Source of the DNA: Eledone cirrhosa
Taxonomy: Eukaryota
DNA length: 64,000 bases
Reading direction: 5' to 3'
NCBI GenBank assembly: GCA_964016885.1
Contig: OZ024740.1
Coordinates: 201,748,001 to 201,812,000 of the forward strand
Both the position numbers and the translations under genes were made by a program. This document shows positions 24,990-38,155 of this stretch, piece after piece; the stretch's first letter is position 1, and the number at the start of each line of letters is the position of its first letter. The notes under the pieces are model-generated. The model ran no database searches. It was not told the origin of the DNA and saw only the letters and a program-made list of their open reading frames with translations.

Positions 24990-25040
<51 letters not shown>
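23808..25040. repeat. Compound (TG)/(TGTA)/(TGTC) microsatellite with an internal ~555-bp duplication
   Basis: The marker gtgtaaacgtgtgtaatgtctgtg occurs at about 23922 and 24476. Confidence 0.95.
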
Positions 25041-25042
<2 letters not shown>

Positions 25043-25702
25043 TAAAGTAGATGATGAATAAATAGAATAACAAAGACAATCCTTTCCTTTAAAACTATGT
25101 TACATTGTCTACCCCCCTCCCCTCTCTGTAGTCTGCTGTGGAAACACTTATTTCAACACATCTTGCTAACCCCTCTCTGTATCTTCAAGCTCCTCATTCC
25201 CTTTCTTTGACACTAATTTTACTAAAATCATCTCATCCATCTAACTCTGCTTACACTCACTTCCCTGTCTTTTCAACAAACTTTTTAAATAAAAACAAAA
25301 ACAATATGGTTATATAGAATTGTATACATGTGCATTTATATATCCATTGATGTGTGTATGTATGTGCATATATGTACTTATGAGCATGCATGTATATGTA
25401 GGTATGTGTGTATCTGTATGCATATATGCATGTGTATGTATGTATGTACAGTATGTGCATAAATGTGCACGTATGCAAATGCATGTGTGTTTTGTGTAAG
25501 TGTTAGTATGTAAATTGTATATGTATGTGTGTATGATTAAGTGTGTATGCATGAGCATGCATATATGTGCATGTGTATGTTTGTGGATGTATGTCTGTGT
25601 GTGGATATGTGTTTGCATGTGTGTATATGAGTATGTATGTTAGTATGTGAATGTATGTAAATATGTATGTGTCTATATGTATGTGTGTGTGTGCACGTGT
25701 GT

Positions 25703-27048
25703 CATCATCATCATCACCGTTTTACGTCCGTTCTTCCACGCTAGCATGGGTTAGACGGGTTGTCCTGTTGTGGGCAGTGTCTGGTTGGCTGGCCATGCCT
25801 TGCTCATACAGGAACTGATTTGGCTTGATTTCTACAGCTGGATGCCCTTCCTAACACCAACCTCATTTACAGTGAGTGCTGGGTGCTTTTTCGTGGCGCC
25901 TACACGTCCACTTTACAGTGTGGGCTGGGTGCTTTTTTGCCGTGGCACCTCCACGACGACCTTGCAGTGGGGGGTGTGGGGGCATATTGTCTATATGCTT
26001 CAGCTTGTACCCATGGGAGGTCGGGTACTCCGTATTACTGCGTGACGCCAGAGGTCACGGTCGTGTGTCATCGCCTTTGAGAGGTGTAATTGGGTAAGGT
26101 CGGCTTTTATCACCTCATCCCAGGTCATCTTGGGTCTCCCCACTCCGCGGTTTCCATCGACTTCTAGTGCTCTGCACCTTTTTATGCTACTGTCATCCTT
26201 CATACGCATCACATGTCCATACCAATGCAACCGCCTCTCCTGCACACAGCATTTGATTCCTCTTATGCTCAGTCTCTCTCTCAATTCATTTATGCTTTGT
26301 CGTTCGCGTATATTACTATTACACATCCATCGGAGCATGCAGGCTTCGTTTCTCTCCAATCTATGTAAGTCTTCCACCTTCAGCGCCCAGGTCTCACTAC
26401 CATGCAACATCGCTGTTTGGATACACGCATCATACAGTCTGTCTTTCATTTTGAGGGAGAAGCCTTTTGCAGCTAGCAGTGGTAGTAGTTCCCTAAACTT
26501 CTTCCATCCCGTTCTTACCCTAGTTATTGTACTTTCTGAACACCACCCTCCGCTGCTAATTCGGTCACCTAGGTAGCAGAAGCTGTCTACTGTTTCTACA
26601 GAGCCCTCCCAGAGATTGGTGGTACTTGTTTCCTGTGGCTGTTTGCTGCTTGCTGTCCCAGCACAGCTGCTGCATGTGAAGCCTACATTCTTAATTAAGC
26701 TTCCTGAAATCCCGCTACATCTCTTGTGTACCCATTGTTTGCATTTGGGGCAGAGAATGGAGTTCGTACCTACACCTTTCCTACATACTGAGCAAGGCCA
26801 TTTCCCTGAGGGGATCTGGGTTCTGTTTTCTCGTCTACTTACAAGGACCTTAGTCTTTGTCATGTTGACTTTGAGACCCTTTCTTTCTAGTCCCTGCTTC
26901 CAAGTTTGGAATTTCTTCTCTAGTTCTACCATAGATTCAGCTATAAGTGCGAGGTCATCAGCATACAGGAGTTCCCATGGGCATCCGGTCTTAAACTCCT
27001 CCGTTATTGCCTGCAGGACTATGATGAACAGGAGGGGGCTAAGAACAG
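25703..27048 (-). mobile_element. RTE LINE subfamily B, 5'-truncated, with complete 3'UTR
   Basis: ORF 26000-27103 (VLSPLLF..YADD..PHD..GRPKMTW) is nearly identical to 5069-6187. (GAT)n tail; flanked by TG/TA microsatellite. Confidence 0.93.
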
Positions 27049-27176
27049 TGTATATGTATATATATAAGTGCATGCACATGTGTGTGTATATATGTAAGTG
27101 CATGAATGTATGTGAACATGTGTGTATGTCAGTATGTGCATGTATATATTCATATGTAAGTATATACGTTCATGCA

Positions 27177-27210
<34 letters not shown>

Positions 27211-29212
27211 AATGTCTGCATGTATGTATGAATGCATTTATATTCTTGTACGAGTGTATGTATGCATGTACGTATGTATATGTGTGTGTGTGTATATATG
27301 TGCCTGTACAAAAATGTGGATGTGTACCTGTGTTTTGATGTAATATGAAAGGGAGTGATGTCAATGGAATGAAATGAGAAGAGATTGGTGAAGGGGAGGT
27401 ATTTCTTCTATGGTATTCTAATCTTAAAGAATTTGTCACCTCAATTTGTTAGTCCACAACTTTCTTTGTAAAAGAGATAACTCCAGCAAGATCAACTGCT
27501 CAAAATTTTTAGACCGTATAAACACTTCATACTGGAGTGGATCTGGTCTTTAAGGGCCAGATTCACTCCAATTTAGATTGCCTATGGAATGGTTAGTGAT
27601 GGCAAGTACATTCAGCTGTAGTAATTGTGCCAACAAATGAATGGCAGAAATGTGGACATAACATGCATACTCCTCATCTAGAAGGGAATGCTTCTTTTTG
27701 CCCAACTGAAGACACAATGTGTTGGTACCATGCAGCCACTACACTCTGTCAAGTAGTAATGCTGGTTCCACAATAAAATGCACCCTGTATACTCCATAAA
27801 GTGGTTGGCATTAGAAAGTGCATCCAGCAGTAGAAACCTTGCCAAAATGGAACCTGTGAGCAAGGTGTGGTTCTTAGACCATGAAAACCTTCCTAACTCA
27901 TGCTAGCATAGGAAATGGACATAAAATGATAACGGTGGTGGTGGTGGTGGAAATGAGAAGGATGATGCCTCACTAGTTGTGGGGAAATGATAAAAAGTAC
28001 CCAGTACACTCTGTAAAGTAGTAGTGATGGTGCCACGACAAAATGAAACCAGTATACTTGACAATTTGTCCAATCAATGCCCACGTGAAAAATGGACATA
28101 AAACGATGATGATGATGAGCATATGTGCATACATTTTCAGGTTGACATACATAAACACATACAAACACACCACTACCACTACTACTTCATAGTTCATAAG
28201 AAAATGCCAATTGGATTATTTCATCAAGCTCTCGTCAAACAAAACCTCTGTGAAATGAGCTGAAAGGGAAGACCATGATCTAGTTGTAGTTCTAAAAACA
28301 GATAAGCAAGGTTGTTTTTTTTTTGTGGGAGAGGGAGGTAAATCATGGTCCTTTTTTAGGAGCTGTGAGAGTTGAGAAAGCGAATGGAGAGGAATCCAAC
28401 CTCAAATTGGAGACCTGAACCAAATGCTTACAACAGAATGGATACAACATAAAGCACTCATGTAGGCAGCAGGGAGATTTGAACTCAGAATGCAAAGATG
28501 CAGCACAAATATTGCAGGACATCTTGTCTGATGCAATAACACTGAGAGGTCATTTATTTCACCAACCCCAGAAAGATAAAAGGTAATGGCAACCCTGGCA
28601 GGATTTGAAAACAGAATAAGCCTATTTGCCTATAACTTTCATTTGGACTGGAAGCCCTGGTCGAAATGCTTGGAACAGAGGGAACTTGCTAAAAGGACCA
28701 AAGATGTTAACTTTACCACTCAGATCACCAATATTTGAACTCAGAATGCAAAAAGACAACAAATACTACAAAACATCTTACCCGGCACATTAATACATCC
28801 ACATCATTTTATTGACTTCCAAAAGGATAAAAGACAAAATTGACTTTGTTTGGATTTGAACTAAGGTACACAGAGAGCCAGAAGGAATACTAACTCTGCC
28901 AATTCCCTGCCTCATTTTTCTAAGCACCATAATGTAAAATTGCTTCAAATGAGGGCAAGTCAGACAGCTATTCAGACTACTACAATATTTACAACATCAA
29001 CCAATAATAATGAGCTTGGAACACTGACAAAAAAATAGATACTAAAAGATTAACTAGAGGTGTGATAGATTAAGATGTATGAATTAGGGGTGCTGCTACT
29101 GCTACTATTACTACCACTGTTGCAACTGCTATTACCACTACTACTAAAGAAGAAAGTTGGAAAATACTTCAAGTATGTTTGTCTTACAACGTAATATGTT
29201 GAAGTTTGAGTA

Positions 29213-29548
29213 TTAACCCTTTTGATACCAAACTGACTGAAACCACCGCTGGTTCTGATACAAAGCTGTTTTTATCTAAAAAAAAATCTTTCACTATAAT
29301 TTTATTTAACACTTTAGTTACCAACACAGCCAAAACCAGCTCTGGTTCTAATGAAATAAAACCACCCATATATAAAGGTTTCCAATTTAAATTAAAATTT
29401 TCCAAAATAATTTTATATAAGAACCTTATATTAAGTTACTATCTTAGTAATGAAATAATTAATAATTTTAGTAAATCCATTAAAATTCTTCATTAATCAA
29501 TTAAAATAGAGTCTATCGCATTAGAAATGCGGTCATGAAAGGGTTAAG
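29213..29548. mobile_element. piggyBac-like MITE (family B)
   Basis: ttaacccttttgatacc ... catgaaagggttaa. Confidence 0.65.
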
Positions 29549-30597
29549 GCCACATAACCACTCCAAAACCTCTACTTTCCAAATTATTTAGAAATCACAG
29601 GTAGTGTCTTCCATTACAAATATAGCAATGAGAGGGTTAAGATATATGAATTAACCTTTTTAACACCAAGCTGCCAGTTGTAAATCTATATTAAAACCTA
29701 CAATTCTTATGTTATATTCCAAACAACAACTAATGAAACTTAAGTATTTTACTAAATTTTGGTTATTTTTCATAAGAAATGCTACTATGAAACAAAGATG
29801 GAAAATACTGTAAGTTAATTATCTAATATAATATGTTGTATGATACCAAACTGCCTGAAACAGCCTGCCCTGGTTCTACAGTACAAAACTGTTTGTTTTA
29901 ATGTGATCATAATCTAAAAATCATGCATCGTATTTTTCAATCAGAACCATTGTTAGGTTATGCTTCAAATCAGTTTAAAAATAATAAGTTATAATACTAA
30001 ACCTCCCTAAATTTTTGAATATTTTCAAAATTATTTTAACATAGCTTCTTTTGTTAATGTGGTTAATAGTTATTAAGATAGATGAAATAGTAGGGCTGCT
30101 ACAACAAAGCAACAAAGTTGGAAAATCCTGCAAGTATGTTAGTCATACATCATAATATGTTGAAGTTTAATGTTGCAGTTTTAGATAGAAGATGTGGTTT
30201 AACATCTATTTTTACATCAGCAATGGTTGTATAAACCTGAGTTCATGAAGCAGGTGTTTCACAGCAGGATATCTTCCCAAGCACTAATTTATCTGAATCT
30301 ACTTTCCAACAAAATATACACAACAAACAATGTGAAAAATGCCTTCTCTTAAGTACATGCAAGAACAACAGGCAATTTAAGACCATCTTCCCTGCTAAAG
30401 CAGGTTAGCCTCACATGCCCCATGACAAACTTCTCCATTTTACCCTATTGTCTGCATCCCTCTTCCCCACCCCCAAGCTTTGATTTTCTCTTCCATCATT
30501 TTTAACCATCTCTTTCTTGGTCTTCCCCTTCCTTTACATCCTTCCACATTCATTTCTATCACTCCTCCCATCCAATCATTTTCATGACCCTTGCTCA

Positions 30598-32000
30598 ATG
30601 TGCAGGTAACGAATAGATAGAAATTCCATCCTATGTCCCAAATGCAAACTATGGGTACACAAGAGATGTAGTGGAATCTCAGGTAGGCTAGCAAAGAAAG
30701 TAGGCTTTGTATGTGATCGATGCATAGGAGCAGTAAGGAGCAAGAGCTTATAGGTAACAAGCCCCTCTAAACATCAAGAAGGCTCCGTAAAAGTAATTGA
30801 CAACTTTTGTTACTTAGGAGACCAAATTAGTAGTGGAGGTGGGTGTTCTGAGAGCATAGTAGCCAGAGTTAGAACAGGATGGAAAAGTTCAGATACCTAC
30901 TACCACTGCTAGCTACAAATGGATTTCCCCTCAAAATGAAAGGCAGATTGTATGAAGTTATGTATGAAAAGCAATACTGCAAGGAAGTGAGACCTGGCAA
31001 GAAACAAAGCCCACATACTTTGATGGATAAGCAATAGTAGTGTGCATGAACATCAAAGCATAAATAAACAGAGAGAAACTGGGCATAAGAGGGGTCAGAT
31101 GCAGTGAACAGGAGAGGAGATTCTGGTGGTTTGGACATGTGATGCATGTGGAGAATGACAGATGTATAAAGAGGTGCAGAGCCAGTGGTGGCTCATGTAT
31201 AGGCACTGCGGAACTGCAGCACCCTCCATTTTCACTCAATATTATTATAACATTCAATATAATGAGTATTTTTTTTTTTTCTTTAATCCTTTCTTTATAC
31301 TTGTATATTATATAATCTTTAATCTTAATGTCAGTAGCCAACCCGATGTTCATGAAAAATTTTTTAAATCCCTGTATGGAACTGTGTACTTCACAGTTCC
31401 ATCAATGCAGTGTTTGGATGTTTTGCGCATGTGCACATGTCCAAGGAAAGAAGCTGAACACTGGTTAGAGAGAGCACAGCCACTCACAGTGCCGACCATG
31501 TTGTCCAAGAGTAAGGTAGTGTTTTTATCTTTTTTACTCGGCGTATGTTGTGCTTGAAAACCGTGTACCATATTCTTAAATGTGATAAACTGTAGATGAT
31601 TATCATCCTTCCAGCTATTCTATTTAATTCAGAGTTGTTTTTCTTTTCGAGTTCTGTGATACTAAGTGAACTTCAACAGCTTAAGTTTTCACAGTTGAGA
31701 ATAATAATTTTTTTTGTTTAGGATTTTATCAAGTTGTATAAATTTTCATTTTATGTTTGTTTTGTTTTACACAATATTAAAACAATGGCATGAACATTTT
31801 TCAAGCAACACCCCAACAAATTTTAGCCACAAGCTGCCACTGTGCAAGGCACTCAAAGTTGATGGTAATTATGAAAGAAGAAGACTAAGGAAAACCTGGG
31901 ATGAAGTGATAAAAGCTGACCATGCCCAATTAAAGTTGACAAAGGAGATGACACAAAATCAAGACCTCTAATGTCAAGCTGCACTGCAGAAGACCCCCAG
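30598..32000 (+). mobile_element. Degenerate RTE LINE (PHD to C-terminus) interrupted by a hAT element
   Basis: Remnants NSILCPKCKLWVHKRCSG, FCYLGDQISSGGGCSESI and WFGHVMH; resumes at 31843 with CKALKVDG..RKTWDEVIKAD. Confidence 0.8.
31183..31842. mobile_element. Non-autonomous hAT-like DNA transposon (660 bp)
   Basis: Imperfect TIRs cagtggtggct / agctgccactg; 8-bp TSD tgcagagc / tgcaaggc; it splits the LINE at CRA/CKA. Confidence 0.75.
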
Positions 32001-33214
32001 CCCCCATGTGCACAAAGTGAAGGAAACAAACATAGGGGTCTCACTAACCTGCACCCACCCACACCTTAATACCACAATCACACCTAAACATCCTATGCGC
32101 CTAAATCAATGTCGAACTCACTTTTGAGAAATCAACTCGAAATATTAATTCTTTCATGACTTACATAGAAACTTCTCATATGATTCTTATATCCAATTAT
32201 ACTGGAAGATTTAAATTTAAATAGGAACTCTTTAAAATGGCTGGTTTTGTTTCATAGAGCCAGAAGTAGTTTGGACAGGTTGGTATCAAAAGGGTTAAAC
32301 ACAAAATGTTTGTTTTTATATTTAATTTGCACCTAAAAGCTACTTTTATATGAAGCTCATCTGTATTATCATCTTTATTTATTATGTAATAAAAAATATG
32401 AACAACTAAACTTAATTGAATGAAAAAAAATAAAGCAATTTCTAAGGATATTTGTGAGTACAACCCTCTTAGTACAAGGGTAGGAGCAACAATTGTCAGC
32501 TGCCTTTGTTGTGAAAAGACGATGCCATAGTTGTAAGAGTTATAAAAGTTAATGTAATGAAATTTACAGCTCACACTTATGCAGGTTTAGATGGTCTCCT
32601 ATGAAGTTGCATCTCATAGATGGTTTCTTGGGTGTTTTAATAATAGGGCTTCTAGTTCTATCATGATGCAATGATGTAGTGACTTTTTAGGACAGTATTT
32701 CTTGCAGGGGGACATGTGTCTCATGAATACCAAAAGGATTAAAGAAGTGCCATCAAAAGAGGGGGTAACTCAACCTAAGAATTTAAGTTTAGTGTGACTT
32801 TAGCTGTGGGAGAAAGATGTATCCTTGCCAGGTGGTATAAATAAATAGAGAACCTAGTGCATTTTAAAACACCTAAAGTGCAAGTTAGTAGCTGAAAGCT
32901 TGCCAAAAATGTTGCCACATTTCTTGTGCACCTATTGACTGCATTACTGAGATAGCATCAGCAGGGATATCATTTAATATACAGTTCAAGGAAATCAGTT
33001 CAGGATTTTTTTTTAGAGCTCATCAGATATGGAGTCTTTTCGGCTCCAAGTCTCTCCCTTATGTCTATTACTACACATTACTGGGACTGTTACCCGATAA
33101 GCTGTCAAGTTAGGTGGAAGGGTGGATTATCAAAATAAATAAGGTAACAGGGAAAATAGTAGCAGCTAACAACCGGAATTTAAATCATAGCAAGAATTTA
33201 TCAAGAATAGTTAC

Positions 33215-33300
33215 CTGAGTCTGGATCAACAGGTATGGGAGGCTTGGCCTCTTTTTTGGCAACTGGTTGATCATCCTTGGCTGTACGAAGGCTTCCCAAC
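33215..33300 (-). CDS. ARHGEF12: Probable upstream coding exon of the same RH-RhoGEF
   Basis: Acceptor tttgtttttgttgcag, donor CAG|gtaact; 86 nt, phase 2/1. Open frame (R)LGSLRTAKDDQPVAKKEAKPPIPVDPDS(G) joins in frame to the PDZ exon and resembles the R|LSSL start of ARHGEF11 exon 2 (from memory). Confidence 0.75.
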
Positions 33301-33484
33301 CTGCAACAAAAACAAATTGCTTTGAAATAAACAGAATTTTTACTCGATATATTTTCAACATAAATCACATGGCATGTATTTTTTTTTTTGTTTTGTTTTT
33401 TTTGTTGCCAATACTTCCATCAGTCACCTTAGTTTACTTCAAAAGCAACATCATTATTCCACTGATATTTACACACACACATTG

Positions 33485-33845
33485 CCATTCTGAGTTCAAA
33501 TCCCGCTGAGGTTAACTTTGCCTTTCATCCTTACGGGGTCGATAAAATAAAGTACCAGTAATGCACTGGGTAATTGCTGGCCTTGTGCCAAACGTAGAAA
33601 CAATTATTATTACTACTATTATGAAGGCAGTAGAGTGGTAATATCGGTAGAGTGCCGGACACCCTGCTTCGTGGAACAGAGTTACGGCCCTTTACACTAT
33701 CAGTTCAAATCCCGCTGAGGTTAGCTTTACCTTTCTTCCTTACGGGGTCAATAAAATAAAGTACCAGTCATGCACTGGGGTCGATTTAATCGACTTTCTC
33801 TTCCCCAAAAATTGTTGGCTTTGTGTCTAAATTAGAAACCATTAT
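33485..33845 (+). mobile_element. Two tandem tRNA-derived SINEs
   Basis: B-box and central domain occur twice; the second copy has the longer ggggtcgatttaatcgact tail. Confidence 0.85.
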
Positions 33846-33991
33846 CACTGTTATTATAAGATAGATATGCCCTACAGGTGAGCTTAAACCATTCTGGTGG
33901 TGAAAATGTATGTATATAAATACACACACATATATTTTACTTAGAATTATAATGTGCCATATATCTGTATGAGGGCTTGTGTGTATTGTGA

Positions 33992-34868
33992 TCTCTCTAT
34001 ATATAAAACAGAAGATGTCTGTCTGTGTAAATCCCTAAAACTCGAGAAATACCTGACCGATTTTTTTCAAACTATACACATGCGTTACTTATATTTCTTG
34101 AAGTGCAGTGGGCTAAAATTTTAACCTTTTCTGCCCTAGGGCCCGCATTAGGCGAAAAACCGCATTTTTCAGGCGTAACCTAAAGATAATTCAGCCGATT
34201 TCCTCGAAATTTGCAGCACACATTAGTTAGATTCCATTAATGGCATTACATGCCATTTTCATTTTCAATATAAACGCTAATTAAAAATAGTAAGTAGTGT
34301 ATAATATTTCGTTAAAAATTTGGTTTATTTAACAGAAGACACAACACTTACTTTTAAGCAGGACCATTTTCGGGGGATTGAGGAAATGAAGAGTTCGTGC
34401 TTTCATCACGCGCAAATCGGGGCCCTGTGTACGTTGCCATGTTATTGACACCTTAAAACTCACGTCTGTGCTACTTCTACTAAGACCCCTTTTGTTGTAT
34501 CTACACCGCAGTATGAACGCCCTGTGCAAGTACGCCGAACAGCGGTTGTGGTAATTCCGCAGTGACCTCTTTAGTCACACCTTTGTTGCTGTGTAAACGC
34601 AGTGCAACCAGTGCCGCCTAGCATTTGTGCTAATTGCACTATGACCCACTTCTGCAACAGCTGCATTTCCACGCTGATTTTGTCATCTCAATATCCTACT
34701 TAAACGTACATCCCTACTTGGTTTTCACACAATTGATTACGCCGCTCCTCAATCATTCCCTGAGAATAAGGGAATTCAAAAAGTACACAGCTACATTCCT
34801 CAATCTTTGCATATGCATGTTGCTATTTCACGGTTCCTACCCCATGCAACGCTGGGTCCTGCTGCTAG
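33992..34868 (+). mobile_element. Non-autonomous Helitron
   Basis: 5' A|TCTCTCTATATATAAAA; 3' hairpin cccatgcaacgctggg followed by CTAG|T; no TSD; CpG-rich interior unlike the flanks. Confidence 0.8.
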
Positions 34869-35819
34869 TTAAATATATATATATATATATATATATATTT
34901 ACAATACACACAAGCTCTCATTCAGATATATGGCACATTATAATTCTAAGTAAAATAGAGATGTGACTTATTTGGTCCTGTTCTCTGTGCCGTAATTTTA
35001 TCATCTAAGGGTGTAGAGTTTATACCCCTTCTCATTTTTCCCCACCTTTATTTTTTTGATACATGTTATTTGAACTCAGAATGTAAAAAAAAATAAAAGA
35101 AACAAAAACAAATTCTACAAAACATTTTATCAACCGCGGGAGAAAGGCGAAATTGACCTCATCGGGATTTCAACTGAGAACATAAAGATCCGAAACAAAT
35201 ACCACAAGGTATCTTATCTGACGATTTAACATGTCTGTGGTAGTTAGACAGATAAAAGTACAGATAGATAGAGACAAACAGACATACTGACAAATAAACA
35301 GATACACAGAGAGATAGATAGATTGGCAAACTAATAGATAGAAAAATATGTGGTGTGGTAAATAAATATATATACATATACACCAGGTCCGAACACAATG
35401 AAACCAAACTCTCACTATCACTGCCTCCCTCTCTCCTGCTCTCCTCCCTCTCCCCCATCTCTCACTATTATAAGCAAATGAGGACCCACATTTTTCTCTG
35501 ACATTTTATGACATTTTGGTGACATTCTATCCACCCTAGTGCATTACTGGTACATTATTCTATCGACCCCGGGAAGGTTGAAAGGCAAAGAAGACCTTGG
35601 CTGGATTAGAACTCAGAATGTAATAAATAAACAAACAAACAAACAAACAAACAAACAAACAAACAAACAAACAAACAAATACTGCAACACATTTTGTCTG
35701 ACATTCTATCAACCCTAGTACATTACTGGTACTTAATTATTGACCCCAGAAAGATGAAAGGCAAAGCTGATCTTGGCTGAATTAGAAATAAACAAACACT
35801 GCAACACATTTTGTCTGGC

Positions 35820-36420
35820 ATTAGAGGGTCGGACGCCAGGCTTTCCAGCATAGTTACGTCCCTTTATGATCTGAGTTCAAATCCCGCCGAGGTTGACTTT
35901 GCCTTTCATCCTTACGGGGTCGATAAAATAAAGTACCAGTAATGTACTGGGTAATTGCTGGCCTTGTGCCTAAAGTAGAAACAATTCTATCAATTACAGT
36001 CGTTTTTATTTTATAGACCCCCAGAAGGTAAAATGGAATTTGGTGGGATTTGAACAAAGACAATAAAAAAACACCCAAAACAAATATTGCAAAGCATTTA
36101 GTGGGACGCTCTACCGATTCTGCTAATCCACTGCCTTTTAAAAATAAAATAACTGTTTCTACTTTTGGCACAAGGCCAGCAATTACTCAGTACATTACTG
36201 GTACTTTATTTTATCGACCCCGTAAGGATGAAAGGCAAAGTTAACCTCGGCGGGATTTATAAAATAATTGTTTCTACGTTAGGCACAAGGCCAGCAATTA
36301 CCCAGTGCATTACTGGTACTTTATTTTATCAACCCCGTAAGGATGAAAGGCAAAGTCAAAAATAATTGTTTCTACTTTAGGCACAAGGCCAGCAATTATC
36401 CAGTGCATTACTGGTACTTT
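35820..36420. mobile_element. SINE cluster: one + copy and three stacked - copies
   Basis: + copy at 35820-35987; - copies begin at about 36148, 36263 and 36359. Confidence 0.85.
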
Positions 36421-36819
36421 AGGCAAAATCAAAAATAATGATTCTGAAAATGATTTTAACAAAAATAATGATTCTGAAAATGATTTTAACAGCCTCCACC
36501 AGTGGGAATACAACTAACAAGAGAGGAAACAAGTTAACTTTGACTCCACCAAACTAACCTCTCCCAGATGTCATAGGGTCATGGACTGTTGCTATGACAA
36601 CAGGCAGCAGCAGTAGCAGCAGTTTAATGTAACCTGACACCAGAGCAAGGGTTCTTAGCTGCTGTTTCCTTAACATAAATCTGGTAGATATGTAGACACC
36701 AGAAGCAGCTAGCAACAATAGTAGTAGCAGCAACAGCTGGTATGAAGAAGAAGTGACCCATGTGTCAATCAGACATGCTAATATTATTTACTGTGGAAAC
36801 AATTATTTACTACTGTTCT

Positions 36820-36930
36820 AATCCCGCCGAGGTCGACTTTGCCTTTCATCCTTACGGGGTCGATAAAATAAAGTACCAGTAATGCACTGAGTAATTTGCT
36901 GGCCTTGTGCCTAAAGTAGAAACAATTATT
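36820..36930 (+). mobile_element. 5'-truncated SINE with 24-bp flanking duplication
   Basis: gaaacaattatttactactgttct at 36796-36819 and 36919-36942. Confidence 0.9.
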
Positions 36931-36994
36931 TACTACTGTTCTTTTTCTACTCCAAACTTTCAAATAGTAGAATTACCATATTAGTAAGAGGCTT

Positions 36995-37040
<46 letters not shown>

Positions 37041-37151
37041 GTATAATAAATAACAGAACAAAAAACAGAGAGGCAGTATAAATGATATTAGTATTAGTTT
37101 CACGCTTCATATATATATATATATATATTAATGTGGTGTGCTAAATAGATA

Positions 37152-37341
37152 TCATCATCATCATCATCATCAACGTTTAACGTCCGTGTTCCACGCTTGC
37201 ATGGGTTTGGACGGGGGTAGTCCCACTTGAGGCAAGAGTGATTGTCTTGCTCGCATAGGACTGTCTGGCAGGTTTTCTACAGTTGGATGCCCTTCCTAAC
37301 ACCAACCACATTTACAGTGTGGGTCTGGGAGGTTTTTACCG
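37152..37341 (-). mobile_element. RTE subfamily A 3'UTR stub
   Basis: Near-identical reverse complement of 1557-1735. Confidence 0.9.
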
Positions 37342-37414
37342 TATATATATATATATAAACCAGGTCCAAACTCCCAATGTCACTGCCTCTGTCTCTCCCG
37401 TTCTCTCCCCATCT

Positions 37415-37836
<422 letters not shown>

Positions 37837-38017
37837 TGAATACAGTGCAACTATAAAGGAAATTATTATAAATATTTTGAAATATTGTAAATATATACAC
37901 ATTAGTGAATTAAATTACTTCACGTCTTTATCTAGACTTGTGTGTGTGTGAGTGCACAGGCATGCAAGAGTGTGAGAGCTTATATATATATATATACATA
38001 TATATTATATATATACA

Positions 38018-38135
38018 TCTGAGTTCAAATCCCGCCGAGGTTGACTTTGCCTTTCATCCTTACGGGGTCGATAAAATAAAGTACCAGTAATGCACTGGAT
38101 AATTGCTGGCCTTGTGCCTAAAGTAGAAACAATTA
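38018..38135 (+). mobile_element. 5'-truncated SINE in (TA)n
   Basis: Runs from the B-box to gtagaaacaattat. Confidence 0.88.
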
Positions 38136-38155
38136 TATATATATACATATATATA

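Noticed and set aside
23723-25618. HT/CV-repeat ORFs
   Set aside because: TG-microsatellite artefacts.
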